Under the pieces are notes generated by a model that saw nothing but the letters and a program-made list of their open reading frames with translations, had not been told where the DNA came from and made no database searches. A stretch of 64,000 nucleotides of DNA from an uncultured Pseudomonadota bacterium. GTDB lineage: Bacteria; Pseudomonadota; Gammaproteobacteria; Xanthomonadales; Rhodanobacteraceae. A program made the translations under genes and the position numbers. Location of the stretch: assembly GCA_963783025.1 (NCBI GenBank), contig CAWAMA010000013.1, forward strand, positions 24,139 through 88,138, written 5' to 3'. This document shows positions 34,407 through 46,021 of this stretch, one piece after another. Numbering within the stretch: the first letter of the stretch is position 1; every line of letters begins with the position of its first letter.

Positions 34407-35188
34407 TCAGGCGCCCAGGTGTCCGAGCACGCGTCCGCGGTAGCGCCTGCTGACGGCGACCTTCGCTCCGCTGCGCAGGACGGCAACGAGATTCCCTTGA
34501 ACATTTCCTGCAGCTCGTGGATCTGTTCGATGTTGATCAGGGCGGAGCGGCTGACTTGCACGAAACCGGATTCGCGCAGATCGGCAGCGAGCGCCGCCAA
34601 TGGTCCATCGACGATGTGGCGTCCGGATGCGCTGTGCACCACGCAGTGCCTTCCTGCCGCCGCAACCCATTCGATCTGACCATGTCGCAGCAGATGCACT
34701 CGACCGTCTTCGCGCACGGCGATGTGTCCGCGCAAGGTCGGTCGCGCCGCGATTGATGATTCGGTCGCGCCAATTGCGCTTCGGATGCGCTCGGACAACT
34801 CGATCGCTTCGCGTCCGCGCAGACGCTCGCGCGCCAGGTCCAGGGCCTGATTCAGGCGCGCCTTGTCGAAGGGTTTGAGCAAATAGTCGGTTACGCGTCC
34901 GGCGAAGGCGTCTACAGCATACTGCTGGTGCGCGGTGGTGAATATCACCAGCGGACCGAGCGCGTTGTCCAGAATGCCCAACACGGCCATGCCGTTCTTG
35001 CCTGGCATCTGGATATCCAGCAACGCGATGTCGACGTCTCCGGCATCGAGTGCGGCTTGTGCCTGGCGGCCATCGCGGCACACGGCAACGAGTTCGAGAT
35101 CCGCGCGCGCCTCGACCATGCGCGCTAGCCGTTCGCGCGCAAGATCCTCGTCTTCGGCAATCAGTACGCGCGGACGGGTTGCGCTCAT
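34407..35188 (-). CDS. LytTR family response regulator (frameshift near C-terminus)
   Basis: IAEDEDLAR, LDIQMP, FTTAH, DYLLKP, FVQVSRSALIN, VSRRY. Confidence 0.9.
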
Positions 35189-36313
35189 GCCGCCGCCGGC
35201 AATCCGCTGACTGGCAATTCGATCGTGGCACGATAGCGATGCGGAGCGATCAGGCCGGCATAGAAACGCGCGGCGTTGCCGTACATCAGCTCCAGGCGGC
35301 GCCGGCAGTTTTGCAACGCGATGCCGTTGCGCGCGCATTGCCCGAAGCGCTGACGCAGGAATTCGTGACTTCGATGCGCAGATGCGCCTGGTCGTGTCGT
35401 GCCGTCACCTGGATTTCGCCGCCATCGGGATCACAGGCTACGCCGTGCGTTACCGCATTTTCCACGAGCGGTTGGACGAAACACGCCGGAAGAATCGCGG
35501 TGCGCAACGCTTCGGGCACATCGACGCTGGCGCGCAAGCGCGTACCCAGGCGCACGCGTTCGACGTGCAGGTACGCATCGACGAGACGGAGCTCGTCGGC
35601 CAGGGTCGCGCTTGCCCGCTCGCCATCGGTCAGCAGCAGGCGCAGAATCTCGGCCAGCCGTATCGTGAACCGCTGTTCGGGCGAATCTTCGCGTTGCATC
35701 GAAACCAGCGCGTTGAGTGCGTTGAAAAGGAAATGCGGCTGCATCTGGCGCTTCAGCGCGGAAAGTTGCGCGCTGGCTGCGCGCGCTTCCATTTCGCGTC
35801 TGGCAAGGGCTTCGCTCTGTGCCTGGCGCAGATAGAGCACGACGTGAGTCGCGGCGAGTACGGTGGCATAGCTGAGCAATTCCCATTGCAGGGTCGTGCG
35901 TCAGCAAGGTCAGCAATCCCGTTGCGAAATTGCCGAGGAATTCCTTTCCGCCCGGCAGGACGAACCACAGGAGCGCGGTCTGCGCCGACAGATGCAAGCA
36001 CGCGAACAGCAACGCCAGACCCAGATGCAGCACGGCGCGCATGGCCGTGGTGACGCCGTCGCCGAACAGCGGCCAGCGCGATCCGGCCAGTACGATGAGC
36101 GGCACGAAAGATGGCCCACGCATACCATTGTGCCGCGCCCCGAAAGCAGGGATTGCGACCACGGTGGCGGGGTGCCGTGATGCGGAACATGTAATAGCCA
36201 TGGCTTTGACTGGCGCCCATGGCGGCCAGAAGCGTTGCCGCCGCGAAGGCAATCGCCAACAGGCGCAGCAGGCTGCGCCCCCACAGTCGAATCGATTCGC
36301 GAGCTTGTGGCAT
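35185..36313 (-). CDS. LytS/YehU-type sensor histidine kinase (frameshifted)
   Basis: TM region, QMQPHFLFNALN, YLHVERVRLG, QPLVENAVTHG. Confidence 0.85.
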
Positions 36314-36392
36314 GGACTGGCGCTCCGGATGCGACTCTAGCACTGGCGCCCGGAGAGCGCCAACTTGCGCCATGCTGGCGCGAGATTTGTCG

Positions 36393-37472
36393 TTAGCGAC
36401 AGGCGGTGGCCGGATAATCGTAGCAATCGCGCACGCTGCTTTGCGGCAATCGCGTGAACGTGAGCGCTGCGCCAATCGTGCCGTCGATCAACGCGGTTAC
36501 GCCAGCCGGACCCAGCGCCTTCAGATGCGTTTGCAACATCGCCGGCGTGATGTACAGGTGACCGTGGAAATTGGCCGGGCCTATGACCGGATTGCCGTTG
36601 GCATCGAGCCGGTACAGCTCCATGCCGGTGGTCGCCGATGTGGGGTCGTACCAGAGCAAGCCGCGTTCGGTGTTGAGCGGGCTTTGCTGGGTTTGCGAAC
36701 CCGGCGCGGCGTTGTTGAAAATCATTTCGACCGAGAAGCATGCGTTGTCGTCCGCGCCATCCTGGCTGCCGGCGCATTGCAATGTATACAAATGCGCCGT
36801 CGGCGGAGGCAGCACGAGGTCTGCGGACGACTTGGGATCCAGTGCAATCTTGCTCACATCGAACGACGCAGGCGCCACTGTCATTACGGCGAGATCGGAA
36901 GGCAGGGTGGTCTGTGTTTTCGCACCGGCACCGGGGTACACGCTGTCATCGTTGACGAAACTCACGGTATAGGTGCCCGGCACGAACTCTTCGTCGGTCT
37001 TGCCTTCGTAGTTGGCGGCCTGGAAATGGTAGGTGTAAGTGGCGCCGTTGAGTGGGAAACTCATGTCCACATGGCGCGGCGTGGTCCAGGTGAAAGCTGG
37101 CATGATCGGCGTGGCGGATACGGTGGACGCCCGAAAGGCGCAGCCGGGACACTGGCCATTCAGCGCCTGATAAAACGGCGACGCTGTTGCGGTCCCGATG
37201 ATTCCGGACGCATCCAGTTGCGTTTCGCTGGACGGCTGAAAAATGGGTTGCACGATGTAATTGACCTGATTGCCGTTTGCGTCGTAGGTGGCGAATTGCA
37301 GAAACAGCATGCCGCCGGGACCAATGTCGACCGACAGGCCAGACCCGCTCTGGTTCGGGTCGTAATACATCCCGGCATAGGGCTGGATGCTTCCTAGCCG
37401 GGTGCTGATCGTGCCGGCGTGCGCCACGCAGCCTGCTGACATCACCATGCTTGCGACCAATATCTTTTTCAT
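36393..37472 (-). CDS. secreted hypothetical protein
   Basis: AAGGA RBS, signal peptide MKKILVA..VAHA, GMYYDPNQSGSG motif, several Cys. Confidence 0.8.
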   Translation of the reverse strand: MKKILVASMVMSAGCVAHAGTISTRLGSIQPYAGMYYDPNQSGSGLSVDIGPGGMLFLQFATYDANGNQVNYIVQPIFQPSSETQLDASGIIGTATASPFYQALNGQCPGCAFRASTVSATPIMPAFTWTTPRHVDMSFPLNGATYTYHFQAANYEGKTDEEFVPGTYTVSFVNDDSVYPGAGAKTQTTLPSDLAVMTVAPASFDVSKIALDPKSSADLVLPPPTAHLYTLQCAGSQDGADDNACFSVEMIFNNAAPGSQTQQSPLNTERGLLWYDPTSATTGMELYRLDANGNPVIGPANFHGHLYITPAMLQTHLKALGPAGVTALIDGTIGAALTFTRLPQSSVRDCYDYPATACR

Positions 37473-37526
37473 GTCCGCTTCCTTCGTCGTCGGGAGCGGG
37501 CAGATTGGAGCCAGGGATCGAGAGGC

Positions 37527-37590
37527 GACAAGCGATCGGTCACGAGCGCTTCGGATTGCGGCACAAGCGGTAGCCGGCGGCGCACGAACG
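37527..37590 (-). promoter_or_regulatory. LytTR/AlgR-like direct-repeat operator
   Basis: Minus-strand CGTTCGTG, CGCTTGTG, CGCTCGTG at plus coordinates 37583, 37562, 37541 (21-bp period), plus CGCTTGTC at 37527. Confidence 0.65.
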
Positions 37591-37621
37591 CAATCGAATG
37601 ACGGGCTTGGAAACCCTTGCC

Positions 37622-38277
37622 TCAGCGCTTGCGCACCAGCATCACGCCATCGCCGAGCGTGAGCAGCGTCGCGTCGACGCGCTGATCGGCGTGGATCTTC
37701 GCATTCAGCGCGCGGATCGCATCGGTGTCGGCGTCGTGCACGTTCGCATCGGCGACCTTCCCGGACCAGAGCATGTTGTCCAGCGCAACGAGTCCGCCGG
37801 GGCGCAGCAGTTCCAGGCAGGCTTCGTAGTAGGCGTCGTAGCCGGACTTGTCGGCGTCGATGAAGGCGAAATCGAAGCGGCTCGCGCTGGGTCCTGGCGA
37901 GATCGCGCAGCGTGTCCAGCGCGGGAGCCAGGCGCAGGTCGATGCGTCCCGCGACGCCGGCTTCGCTCCAGTAGCGGCGTGCGATGGACGTCCATTCCGC
38001 GCTGATGTCGCAGCACACGAGCTTGCCGTCGTCGGGCAAGCGCGGACGCGACCGCGAGCGCGCTCATGCCGGTGAAGGTGCCGATCTCGAGGCAGTGGTT
38101 CGCGCCGATCGCGCGCACGAGCAGGGCGAGGAAGGCGGCCTGGTCGGGGCCGATCTGCATGCCGGCCTGCGGCAGTTTCGCGGTTTCCTCGCGCAGGCGC
38201 GCGGCGATCTGGCCTTCGCGCGAATGCGCCCAGACATAGGCTTCGACGGCCTCGGATGTGGCAAGACGGCGGGTCAT
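37622..38277 (-). CDS. class I O-methyltransferase, caffeoyl-CoA/YrrM type (frameshifted)
   Basis: [34 protein letters not shown]. Confidence 0.9.
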
Positions 38278-38353
38278 GGGATTCTCCTTGCGGTTTACGC
38301 AAGGATAATCCCGGCACGCGAGATGTCGAGTGAAGCAGGTTTTGGATCTTTGC

Positions 38354-39541
38354 TTAGACGAGGCGCAAATCTTCCGGCCTGGTTTGTGGAAACACGCCCG
38401 CGAGTTGCGCGACATTCAATCCCCACAGCCGCGCGAACACGCCGCCGAGCAGGCCGCGGTAGTCGTTGAGCACGGGGAAATCGCGGTTCTGCAGCAGGGT
38501 CGATGGGGCCACTTTCACCTGCTCGCCGGCAACGCGGCCGCCGGCGATGCCGCCGCCGAGCACCCAGTACACCGAGCCGTGGCCGTGGTCGGTGCCACGA
38601 TTGCCGTTCTCGCGGAAGGTACGGCCGAATTCGGAAACGACGACGACGGTGGTGTCTTTCCAGTCTTCGCCCATCGCTTGCGCGAACGCGGCGAGGCCGC
38701 GCGCGAGATTGCCGAGGTTGTTCGCCAGCGCGCCCTGCGCGCCGCCTTCGCCGACGTGCGTGTCCCAGCCGCCGACGTCGACGAAGCCGAGTCGGTATTT
38801 GTCGCGCATCATCTGCGCGATGCGCGGCGCCTGTTGCGTGAACCCGTAGGCGTTCACCGCGCCGCGGCTGGCCTTCATCATCTCGTCGGCGAATTCCCCG
38901 GCGACCTGCTGGCGCAGCGCGAGTCCTTCGGCAACGGGTTGAGCCAGCGCGGTGTCCTTGTACATGCCGGCAAGAACCGCGGATTGACGCGCATCGAACG
39001 CGGCCTTGCCCACGCGCGCGAGGGAAATGTTCGGCACGTCGCTGCCGCCCTGGAAACTCAAGGGCAGCGATGGCGGTGAACGCGATCGGCGCGGCCGATG
39101 CCATTGAGCGTGCCGGACAGGCGCGCGAGGAATCCGGAGCGGTCGGCATGGGCGTTTTCGGGCAGGCCATGTTCGATGTCGTCCTGCGTCTCGAAGTGGC
39201 TGCGCGAAAGATTCGGCGTGCCGGCAAACGGCACGAAGGCAATCTGCTTCTTCGCGTACAGCGGCTCCAGCGCTTCGCGCACGGCAGGCGCCAGCGCCCA
39301 ATCCGAGTCCAGCCGCAGTCGCGCCGCCGGCCGACGAATCCGGTCGCGCGATGGCGATGTTCGGCCGCGACTCGTAGTAGAAATCGCTGGCGTAGGGCAC
39401 CAGAAGGTTCGCGCAGTCGTAACCGCCGCGCAGGAACACGAGCAGGAAGCGCGGCGAGGAGGCCGGTGCGGCGAACAGGCGCCCGCTGAGTCCGGCGAGC
39501 GGCGCGGCGGCGAGCGTGGCGAGAAAGTGGCGGCGTTGCAT
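38354..39541 (-). CDS. DUF1501 family Tat-exported protein (internal compensating frameshifts)
   Basis: [23 protein letters not shown] (alternate frame), GGWDTH, SEFGRT, GTDHG. Confidence 0.9.
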   Translation of the reverse strand: MQRRHFLATLAAAPLAGLSGRLFAAPASSPRFLLVFLRGGYDCANLLVPYASDFYYESRPNIAIARPDSSAGGATAAGLGLGAGACRARSAGAAVREEADCLRAVCRHAESFAQPLRDAGRHRTWPARKRPCRPLRIPRAPVRHAQWHRPRRSRSPPSLPLSFQGGSDVPNISLARVGKAAFDARQSAVLAGMYKDTALAQPVAEGLALRQQVAGEFADEMMKASRGAVNAYGFTQQAPRIAQMMRDKYRLGFVDVGGWDTHVGEGGAQGALANNLGNLARGLAAFAQAMGEDWKDTTVVVVSEFGRTFRENGNRGTDHGHGSVYWVLGGGIAGGRVAGEQVKVAPSTLLQNRDFPVLNDYRGLLGGVFARLWGLNVAQLAGVFPQTRPEDLRLV

Positions 39542-39552
39542 GGTCGTGTCCT

Positions 39553-41065
39553 TCAGCGGTAATTGGATTCCGGCGCGGCGAGCAGGTAGGTGTTCCACTC
39601 CAGCGGCGATTGCGCCTGGGTGAGCGCGGCCAGCGTCGGCTCCGACAGCCACGGTTTGATCGCCTGCGCGAACAGCGGTCCGGACAACTGCGGCACCGTC
39701 GGCATGGCCACGCCGTCGAACAGGTGCACGTCGCCGGCGCCGATCATGCGGGCGAGTTCGAAGCGCGCGCTCATCTGGCCGGACGAATCCCAGGCGCTGG
39801 CGACGAGCGGGTAGCCATCCGGCGTCTGGTGGCCGAATTCGCCTTCGCCTTGGCTATTCAGCCACACGACGAGGCGACGCGGGTCTGGCACCTCGCGCCC
39901 GTCGTAGGCCAGGCGCAGCGACGAGACGAGATAGTGCATCGGGTCCTTGAACTTCGTGCCGAGCGAGGCGGCGAATTCGGGCGCATCGAACATCGTGCGC
40001 AGCACCGAGCGGATCTCGCCATGCGTGCGCTGGAAGGTATCCGCCATCGCATCGACGAGCGAGGCGGGCGGATTGTCGGCAACGAAATACGTCGCGAATT
40101 CCTGCGAGATGAAATGCGCGCAGGCCGGTTGCGCGACGAGCAGGTCGACGGCCTGGCGCACCTCGTCGAAACCGCTGCCGCGGATGGTGTGGCCGAGCAG
40201 CACCTTGTCGCCAAAATCGTGGCGCGCGGGATTGAACTCGAAGCCGTCGTGGCGGATGAGCAGCGCCTGCTGGCTCGGACGCAGGCGCGGCGTGCGCGGA
40301 TTCAGCGCCACGCCGACGCCGGTGAGGATGCGCACCATTTCCTGCACGTCGTTCTGCGTGTATCCGGCGTTGACGCCGAGCGTATGCAGCTCCATCAGCT
40401 CGCGCGCATAATTTTCGTTGTGCTGTTTGGCCGCGTTGCGCGCGTTGTCGAGGTACACCAGCATGGCCGGATGCGTCAGCGTGGCCATGACGAGGTCGCG
40501 GAAGTTGCCCAGCGCATGCGGACGGATCGCGTTTTCCACGTAGTCCGCGTCGAGCCAGGCTTCCGGTCCCTTGCGGTCGAACACGTTGAAGTGGTTCAGC
40601 CAGAACCAGACCATCTGTTCCTTGAGCTGGGCCGGCGAATACACGGCGCGCAGCAGTTCGCGTTCCTGGGTCTGCACGGCGAGTGCGATGCCCTGCTTGC
40701 GCAGGGCCTTGCGCTCCTCGGCTTTCGCCTGCGTATCGTCGATCGTCTTGAGCTTGTCGCGCGCGGCGACGAGCGTGGCGATGGCGTCGTCGATGCCGTG
40801 ATGCGAGATCGGCATTGCGTCGATTTGCGCCTGCACGGCTTGCGGCAGGCGTTCGTCGCGTGCGGCGAGTTGCGCGTCGAGATAGTCGCGCCGGCCCATT
40901 TGCTCGAAAGCGGCAAGACTCGAGGAATTCACCCCGTAGGTGATGCGGTCGAGCCAGAGCAGGTCGGAATGGTTCGGGGCAGGGGCTCGCCTGCGCCACC
41001 GTGGCGAAGACGATCGCCGCGGCAACGCCGGCGCGGCGGATTCGGGAAGAAATCGTGCGGGACAT
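39553..41065 (-). CDS. DUF1800 family protein (frameshift near N-terminus)
   Basis: FWLNHFNV, AMLVYLDN, NENYARELMELHTLG, KFKDP. Confidence 0.9.
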
Positions 41066-41130
41066 GGCCTGTTTCCTCGGGGGCTGCCTGTCTGCAACGC
41101 GGCTGCGGCCGCGGCGTTTACAATCTCGCC

Positions 41131-42372
41131 ATGCAATCGAACGTAAAGCCGGCTCTCGACCGTGGCAAGCGCACATCGCCGCGCTGGCCGGCCAGTGCGT
41201 CAAATGCGGCCTGTGCCTGCCGCATTGCCCCACCTACCGTGTCGCCGCCAACGAGGCCGAATCCCCGCGTGGTCGCATCGCCTTCGCGCAGGCGCTGGCG
41301 GAAGGGCAAGTTGGAGCCGTCCGCGTCGGTGCTTGGCGCACTTGGACCAACTGCACTCGCCTGCATGGCCTGCGAGCGCGTGTGTCCGTCGAAAGTGCGA
41401 TACGGCGAATTGATCACGACCACGCGCGCGTGGCTCAGCGATACCGGCAAGGCTTCGCGCACCGGGCGATCGCTTGGCCGCCTGCTCGCGCATCCTCGCC
41501 TGCTCGGAGCGCTGCTGCGCGTGGCGAATCTTCCGGGCTTGCGGCAGATCCTGCAAAGTCGAGCCATGCGGGCGCTGCTGCGTCCGTTCGGATTGGATCG
41601 CGCGGTCGCCGAATTGCCGCGACTGCCGCACGTCGACGCCGTGCCTTCGCGCGTGTCCGCGTCGCCGCGCGGGCGCGTTGGACTCTTCCTCGGCTGCGTT
41701 GCGGCGAGCGTGGATCGCGACGTGCAGGCGGCGTCGCGCACCTTGTTGCAGGCGCTGGGTTACGCAGTCGTGTTGCCGTCGGCGCAGGGCTGCTGCGGCG
41801 CGCTGGCCCTGCACAATGGCGATGCGGGACAAGCGGATGGACTTGCACGGGCGATTGCGCGCGGCATTCGCCGGCGCGGACGTCGATACGTTGCTGGTTT
41901 CGGCTTCAGGCTGTTTCGGCACGCTGCGCGACCATGTGTTCGCAGGGTCGAAAATTCGCGTGCGCGAGATCCACGAATTCCTGGATGCGGATGCGCGCAT
42001 CGGCGACGCTGAAATTCCGTCCGTTGGCCGAAACCATCGCCCTGCACACGCCCTGCACGCAGCGCAATGTCGCGCGCGCCGACGGCGCCGTCGCGCGCCT
42101 GCTCGCACGGATTCCGCAGTTGCGGATCAATGCGCTGCCGGCGCCGCCGGGCTGCTGCGGTGCCGCTGGCGATTATTTCCTGCGCCATCCCGATATCGCC
42201 GACGCGCTGCGTGCGCAAACGCTGGATTGCCGCACTCGCGCAACGACCGCAAACGCTCGTCACCAGCAATGTCGGCTGCCGGATTTTTCTTGGCAACGGC
42301 TTGCGTCAGCGCGAAAGCTCGATCGCGGTGACGCATCCGCTTGTGTTGCTGGCGCGACAACTGGAGAATTGA
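41131..42372 (+). CDS. GlcF-like (Fe-S)-binding protein, ferredoxin + CCG domains (frameshifted)
   Basis: CVKCGLCLPHCPTY, ESPRGR, CMACERVCPS, FLGC, GCCGA, HTPC, CCGAAG, SNVGC. Confidence 0.85.
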
Positions 42373-42375
42373 CGC

Positions 42376-43020
42376 ATGTTCGCTCGCCATCTTTCCGCCT
42401 TCGATCGCATCATCGTCGAGATCGAACGCGCGCTTTCGACTTCGCTGGACGCGAAACCGGAAGCGCAGCGGTCATCGCCTGCGGCCGGCATCGCCGAAGC
42501 CGATCTGGACGAGGCGCAGCGCCGCCACGCCGCGGGTTTGATGCGCGTCAACCACACCGGCGAAGTCTGTGCGCAGGCGTTGTATTCCGGCCAGGCCGCG
42601 GTGGCGCGCGATGAGCGACACGCGCGAAAGCTGCTGCACGCCGCCGCCGAGGAAACCGATCACCTGGCTTGGTGCGGCGAACGCCTGGAAGCGCTCGCGA
42701 GCCGTCCGAGCCTGCTCAATCCGATCTGGTACGCCGGCAGTTTCGCGATCGGTGCGGTGGCCGCGCTGGTCAGCGACAAGGCGAGCCTGGGCTTCGTCGT
42801 GGAAACCGAGCGCCAGGTCGAGGCGCACCTCGGCGAGCACCTGGAAAAACTTCCCGAAGCGGACAAAGCCAGCCGTGCCGTGGTCTTGCAGATGCAGGCC
42901 GACGAAGCACGCCACGGCCAAATGGCGAAAGCCGCGGGCGGCATCGCATTGCCGCCGCCGGTGCCGGAGTTGATGCGTGCTGCCAGCGCCGTGATGAAGG
43001 CGCTGGCTTACCGGATCTGA
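42376..43020 (+). CDS. coq7: demethoxyubiquinone hydroxylase Coq7
   Basis: [34 protein letters not shown] di-iron motifs. Confidence 0.95.
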   Translation: MFARHLSAFDRIIVEIERALSTSLDAKPEAQRSSPAAGIAEADLDEAQRRHAAGLMRVNHTGEVCAQALYSGQAAVARDERHARKLLHAAAEETDHLAWCGERLEALASRPSLLNPIWYAGSFAIGAVAALVSDKASLGFVVETERQVEAHLGEHLEKLPEADKASRAVVLQMQADEARHGQMAKAAGGIALPPPVPELMRAASAVMKALAYRI

Positions 43021-43046
43021 TCTGCGCCGGAACCCGCGCGGGGTGT

Positions 43047-44357
43047 CTAGGGTCTCGCCGGCGCCGGATGCAGCGCGCGGATGCTGCGCATCTGCGCGCT
43101 GCCCAGGCAGGCCAGGGCGATGAGAGTGAGCGTCAATCCGGCGATGCTGAACAGCGCCGTCAGCGAAATCAGCTTGAGCAAGGCGCCGGCGATTGCCGCG
43201 GACAGCGGACCCAGGCCCATGAACGTGAACATCAGGATGCTCATGGTGCGGCCCATCATTTCCTGCGAAACGCGCTGCTGAATCCAGCTGAAGATGGCGA
43301 TCTGCACGATGCCGCCGAGCACGCCGGTGCACAGCAACAACAACGCGCCGGTATGGGTCGTGTGCACGAACGTCAATGCGGCGAGCGCCAGACCCATCAC
43401 GGCATCCCCGCACAGGACCATGATGCCGAGGTGGCCGCGCATCAGGCGCGTGCCTAGCCCTGAGAGAAAACTGCCGGCGAACATGCCCACGCCTTGTGCC
43501 GTCATGAGGATGCCGAGCGAGGCCGCGCCAAGATTCATGCGTGTATCCGCCAAAACCGGTAATCCCACCTGGATAGGTCCGCCGACGAATACCGAGACGA
43601 AACTGGCGTAAATCATGAATGCGCGCAGCGGCACGTCCGACCACAGGTTGCGGAAGCCCGCCGCAATGCTGGCGAACACGCCAACGCCGGTCTTTGGCGG
43701 ATGCGAGTCGCCGTGGATGCGTACCATCGCCAGCGATGCCAGCGAGAACAGGAAGCTGGCCGCGTCGATGCCGAAAGCAAGCCCAAGGCCGTGCGCGTCC
43801 GACAAACCTTGCGCCGAGGGTTGGTGCCCGCCCGTCGCGATGACGAAGCCCGCGAGCACCGGCCCGACGACCATGCTGAGCTGACGCATGCCCATCATCA
43901 AGGCGTTGGCGCTGCGCAGCTGTTGCGGCTGTACCAGTTGCGGCAGGATCGCGGAACCCGCTGGATACGCAAAAGCCGTGGACAGGCCGATGCCGAGCGC
44001 CAGCAGATAGACCATCCACATCTGGATCGTGCCGGTCAGCACGAGAGCGGCGAGAATCACGATGCAGGCGGCGTTGGCGCCGCGCGCACCGAGCAGCACG
44101 CGCCGCGGCGACATGCGGTCGACCACGGCGCCGCCGATGAGCATGAAGGCCGCGCGCGGCAGCGCCATCGTCGCCAGCACCACGCCCAGTGCGGCGGGAT
44201 CGCCGGTGAGCTTCAACACCAGCCACGGCAAGGCCACCAGCGTGAACTGGTCGCCCAACGCCGATATCGAACTGCCGCCGAACAGCAGCCTGAAATCGCG
44301 ATTGCCGAACACGGAATTGCGCACGGCGTTCCCCGCGGCGGGAGAGGATGTGTTCAT
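43047..44357 (-). CDS. MFS transporter (DHA3/H+ antiporter-like)
   Basis: ISALGDQF, GGAVVDRMSPRR, about 12 TMs. Confidence 0.9.
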   Translation of the reverse strand: MNTSSPAAGNAVRNSVFGNRDFRLLFGGSSISALGDQFTLVALPWLVLKLTGDPAALGVVLATMALPRAAFMLIGGAVVDRMSPRRVLLGARGANAACIVILAALVLTGTIQMWMVYLLALGIGLSTAFAYPAGSAILPQLVQPQQLRSANALMMGMRQLSMVVGPVLAGFVIATGGHQPSAQGLSDAHGLGLAFGIDAASFLFSLASLAMVRIHGDSHPPKTGVGVFASIAAGFRNLWSDVPLRAFMIYASFVSVFVGGPIQVGLPVLADTRMNLGAASLGILMTAQGVGMFAGSFLSGLGTRLMRGHLGIMVLCGDAVMGLALAALTFVHTTHTGALLLLCTGVLGGIVQIAIFSWIQQRVSQEMMGRTMSILMFTFMGLGPLSAAIAGALLKLISLTALFSIAGLTLTLIALACLGSAQMRSIRALHPAPARP

Positions 44358-44378
44358 CGGCGCGCCAGCTTGCGGCGA

Positions 44379-45164
44379 TCAGGTCAGATTGCGCCCGTGG
44401 AACAGCTCCTCGATCTCGCGCTTGAGCAGCGATTCGATGCGCATGCGGTCCTTGAACGACAGGTCCTCGGCGTGCGCTTCGAACAGGTAGGTCTCGAGGT
44501 CGAATTCCTTCACGTGCATCTTCGTGTGGAACATGTTTTCCTGGTACACGTTGACGTCGAACATCTCGTACTTCTGCTGGATGTGCCGGGCCAGGTATTC
44601 CTGGATCGAATTGATGCGGTGGTCGATGTAGTGCTTCTTGCCCTTCACGTCGCGGGTGAAGCCGCGCACGCGGTAATCCATGATCACGATGTCCGATTCG
44701 AAACTGTCGATCAGGTAGTTCAAGGCTTTCAGCGGCGAAATCACGCCGCACGTGGCCACGTCGATGTCGGCGCGGAACGTGGCGATGCCGTTGTGCGGGT
44801 GCGTTTCCGGATAGGTGTGCACGGTGATGTGCGACTTGTCCATGTGCGCGACCACGGCGTCGGAAATCATGTCGCGGCCGAGCTTGTCCACCACCGGATG
44901 CTCGGAGATCAGGATCGTCACGCTGGCGCCCTGCGGATCGTAATCCTGGCGCGCCACGTTGAGGATGTTCGCGCCGATGATCTCGGCCACGTCGGTGAGG
45001 ATCTTGGTCAGGCGGTCGGAGTCGTACTGCTCGTCGATGTAATCGATGTAGCGGTCGCGCTGCTCGGGCGTCACCGCGTAGCAGATGTCGTAGATGTTGA
45101 AGGACAGCGCCTTGGTCAGGTTGTTGAAACCCTGCAGTTTCAGGCGCGGAAGGGGTTTGACCAC
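44379..45164 (-). CDS. speD: S-adenosylmethionine decarboxylase proenzyme
   Basis: [40 protein letters not shown] start. Confidence 0.95.
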   Translation of the reverse strand: MVKPLPRLKLQGFNNLTKALSFNIYDICYAVTPEQRDRYIDYIDEQYDSDRLTKILTDVAEIIGANILNVARQDYDPQGASVTILISEHPVVDKLGRDMISDAVVAHMDKSHITVHTYPETHPHNGIATFRADIDVATCGVISPLKALNYLIDSFESDIVIMDYRVRGFTRDVKGKKHYIDHRINSIQEYLARHIQQKYEMFDVNVYQENMFHTKMHVKEFDLETYLFEAHAEDLSFKDRMRIESLLKREIEELFHGRNLT

Positions 45165-45328
45165 GGCGGTTGCCTCGAACCGGCGCGGGTACGCGACAGG
45201 GCGCGGATTATGGAGCAATCGGTCGGCAGGGGAAACCGTTTTCGCGGTCTTGCGCAGCGCAAGCGGGATTCCGATAAGATGACGCATCGTCGGCGCCGCA
45301 TCGCCGCGTAATGCCCGGGGAGTCGAGT

Positions 45329-46021
45329 ATGGAGCTTCATTACACGCTGCAGCGCGCGGTCAATCGCGTGCAGGCGCCCAGTTCGCTGGTGCTCGACCAG
45401 GCGGCGCTTGACCGGGTTCTCGGGTATTGCCATCGCCGCCGCTATCCGGGCAAGACCGCGATCATCCGCCCCGGCGATTCGGCGAACATCCTGTATTTCA
45501 TCATCGAAGGTTCGGTCAGCGTGCTCACCGAGGACGAGGAAGGCCGCGAACTGATCCTCGCCTACATCAACGCCGGCGAATTCATCGGCGAGATGGGCCT
45601 GTTCGTGGAAACTCCGCGGCGCGAAGTGATGGTGCGCACGCGCACTTCCTGCGATCTGGCCGAGATCAGCTACGAGCGCCTGTTCCAGCTGTGCGAGACC
45701 ACGCTGCGCGAGGATTGCGCCAAGGTGCTGTTCGCGATCGGCACGCAATTGACCAACCGCCTGCTGCACACCTCGCGCAAGGTCAGCCGCCTCGCTTTCA
45801 TGGACGTGACCAGCCGCGTGGCCAAGACCCTGATCGACCTGACCGAGGAACCGGATGCGATGTCGCACCCGAAGGGCACGCAGATCCGCATTTCGCGCCA
45901 GGAAATCAGCCGCATCGTCGGCTGTTCGCGCGAGATGGTCGGACGCGTGCTCAAGCAGCTCGAGGCGCAGGGGATGATTTCGGTCGCTGGAAAGACGATC
46001 GTCGTCTTCGGTACGCGCTAG
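45329..46021 (+). CDS. clp: CRP-family global regulator, Clp type
   Basis: [13 protein letters not shown] in place of [24 protein letters not shown]. Confidence 0.9.
   Translation: MELHYTLQRAVNRVQAPSSLVLDQAALDRVLGYCHRRRYPGKTAIIRPGDSANILYFIIEGSVSVLTEDEEGRELILAYINAGEFIGEMGLFVETPRREVMVRTRTSCDLAEISYERLFQLCETTLREDCAKVLFAIGTQLTNRLLHTSRKVSRLAFMDVTSRVAKTLIDLTEEPDAMSHPKGTQIRISRQEISRIVGCSREMVGRVLKQLEAQGMISVAGKTIVVFGTR

Noticed and set aside
36393..38039. 548-aa fusion of O-methyltransferase and secreted protein
   Set aside because: Artefact of an OMT frameshift; the secreted protein has its own RBS, signal peptide and upstream operator
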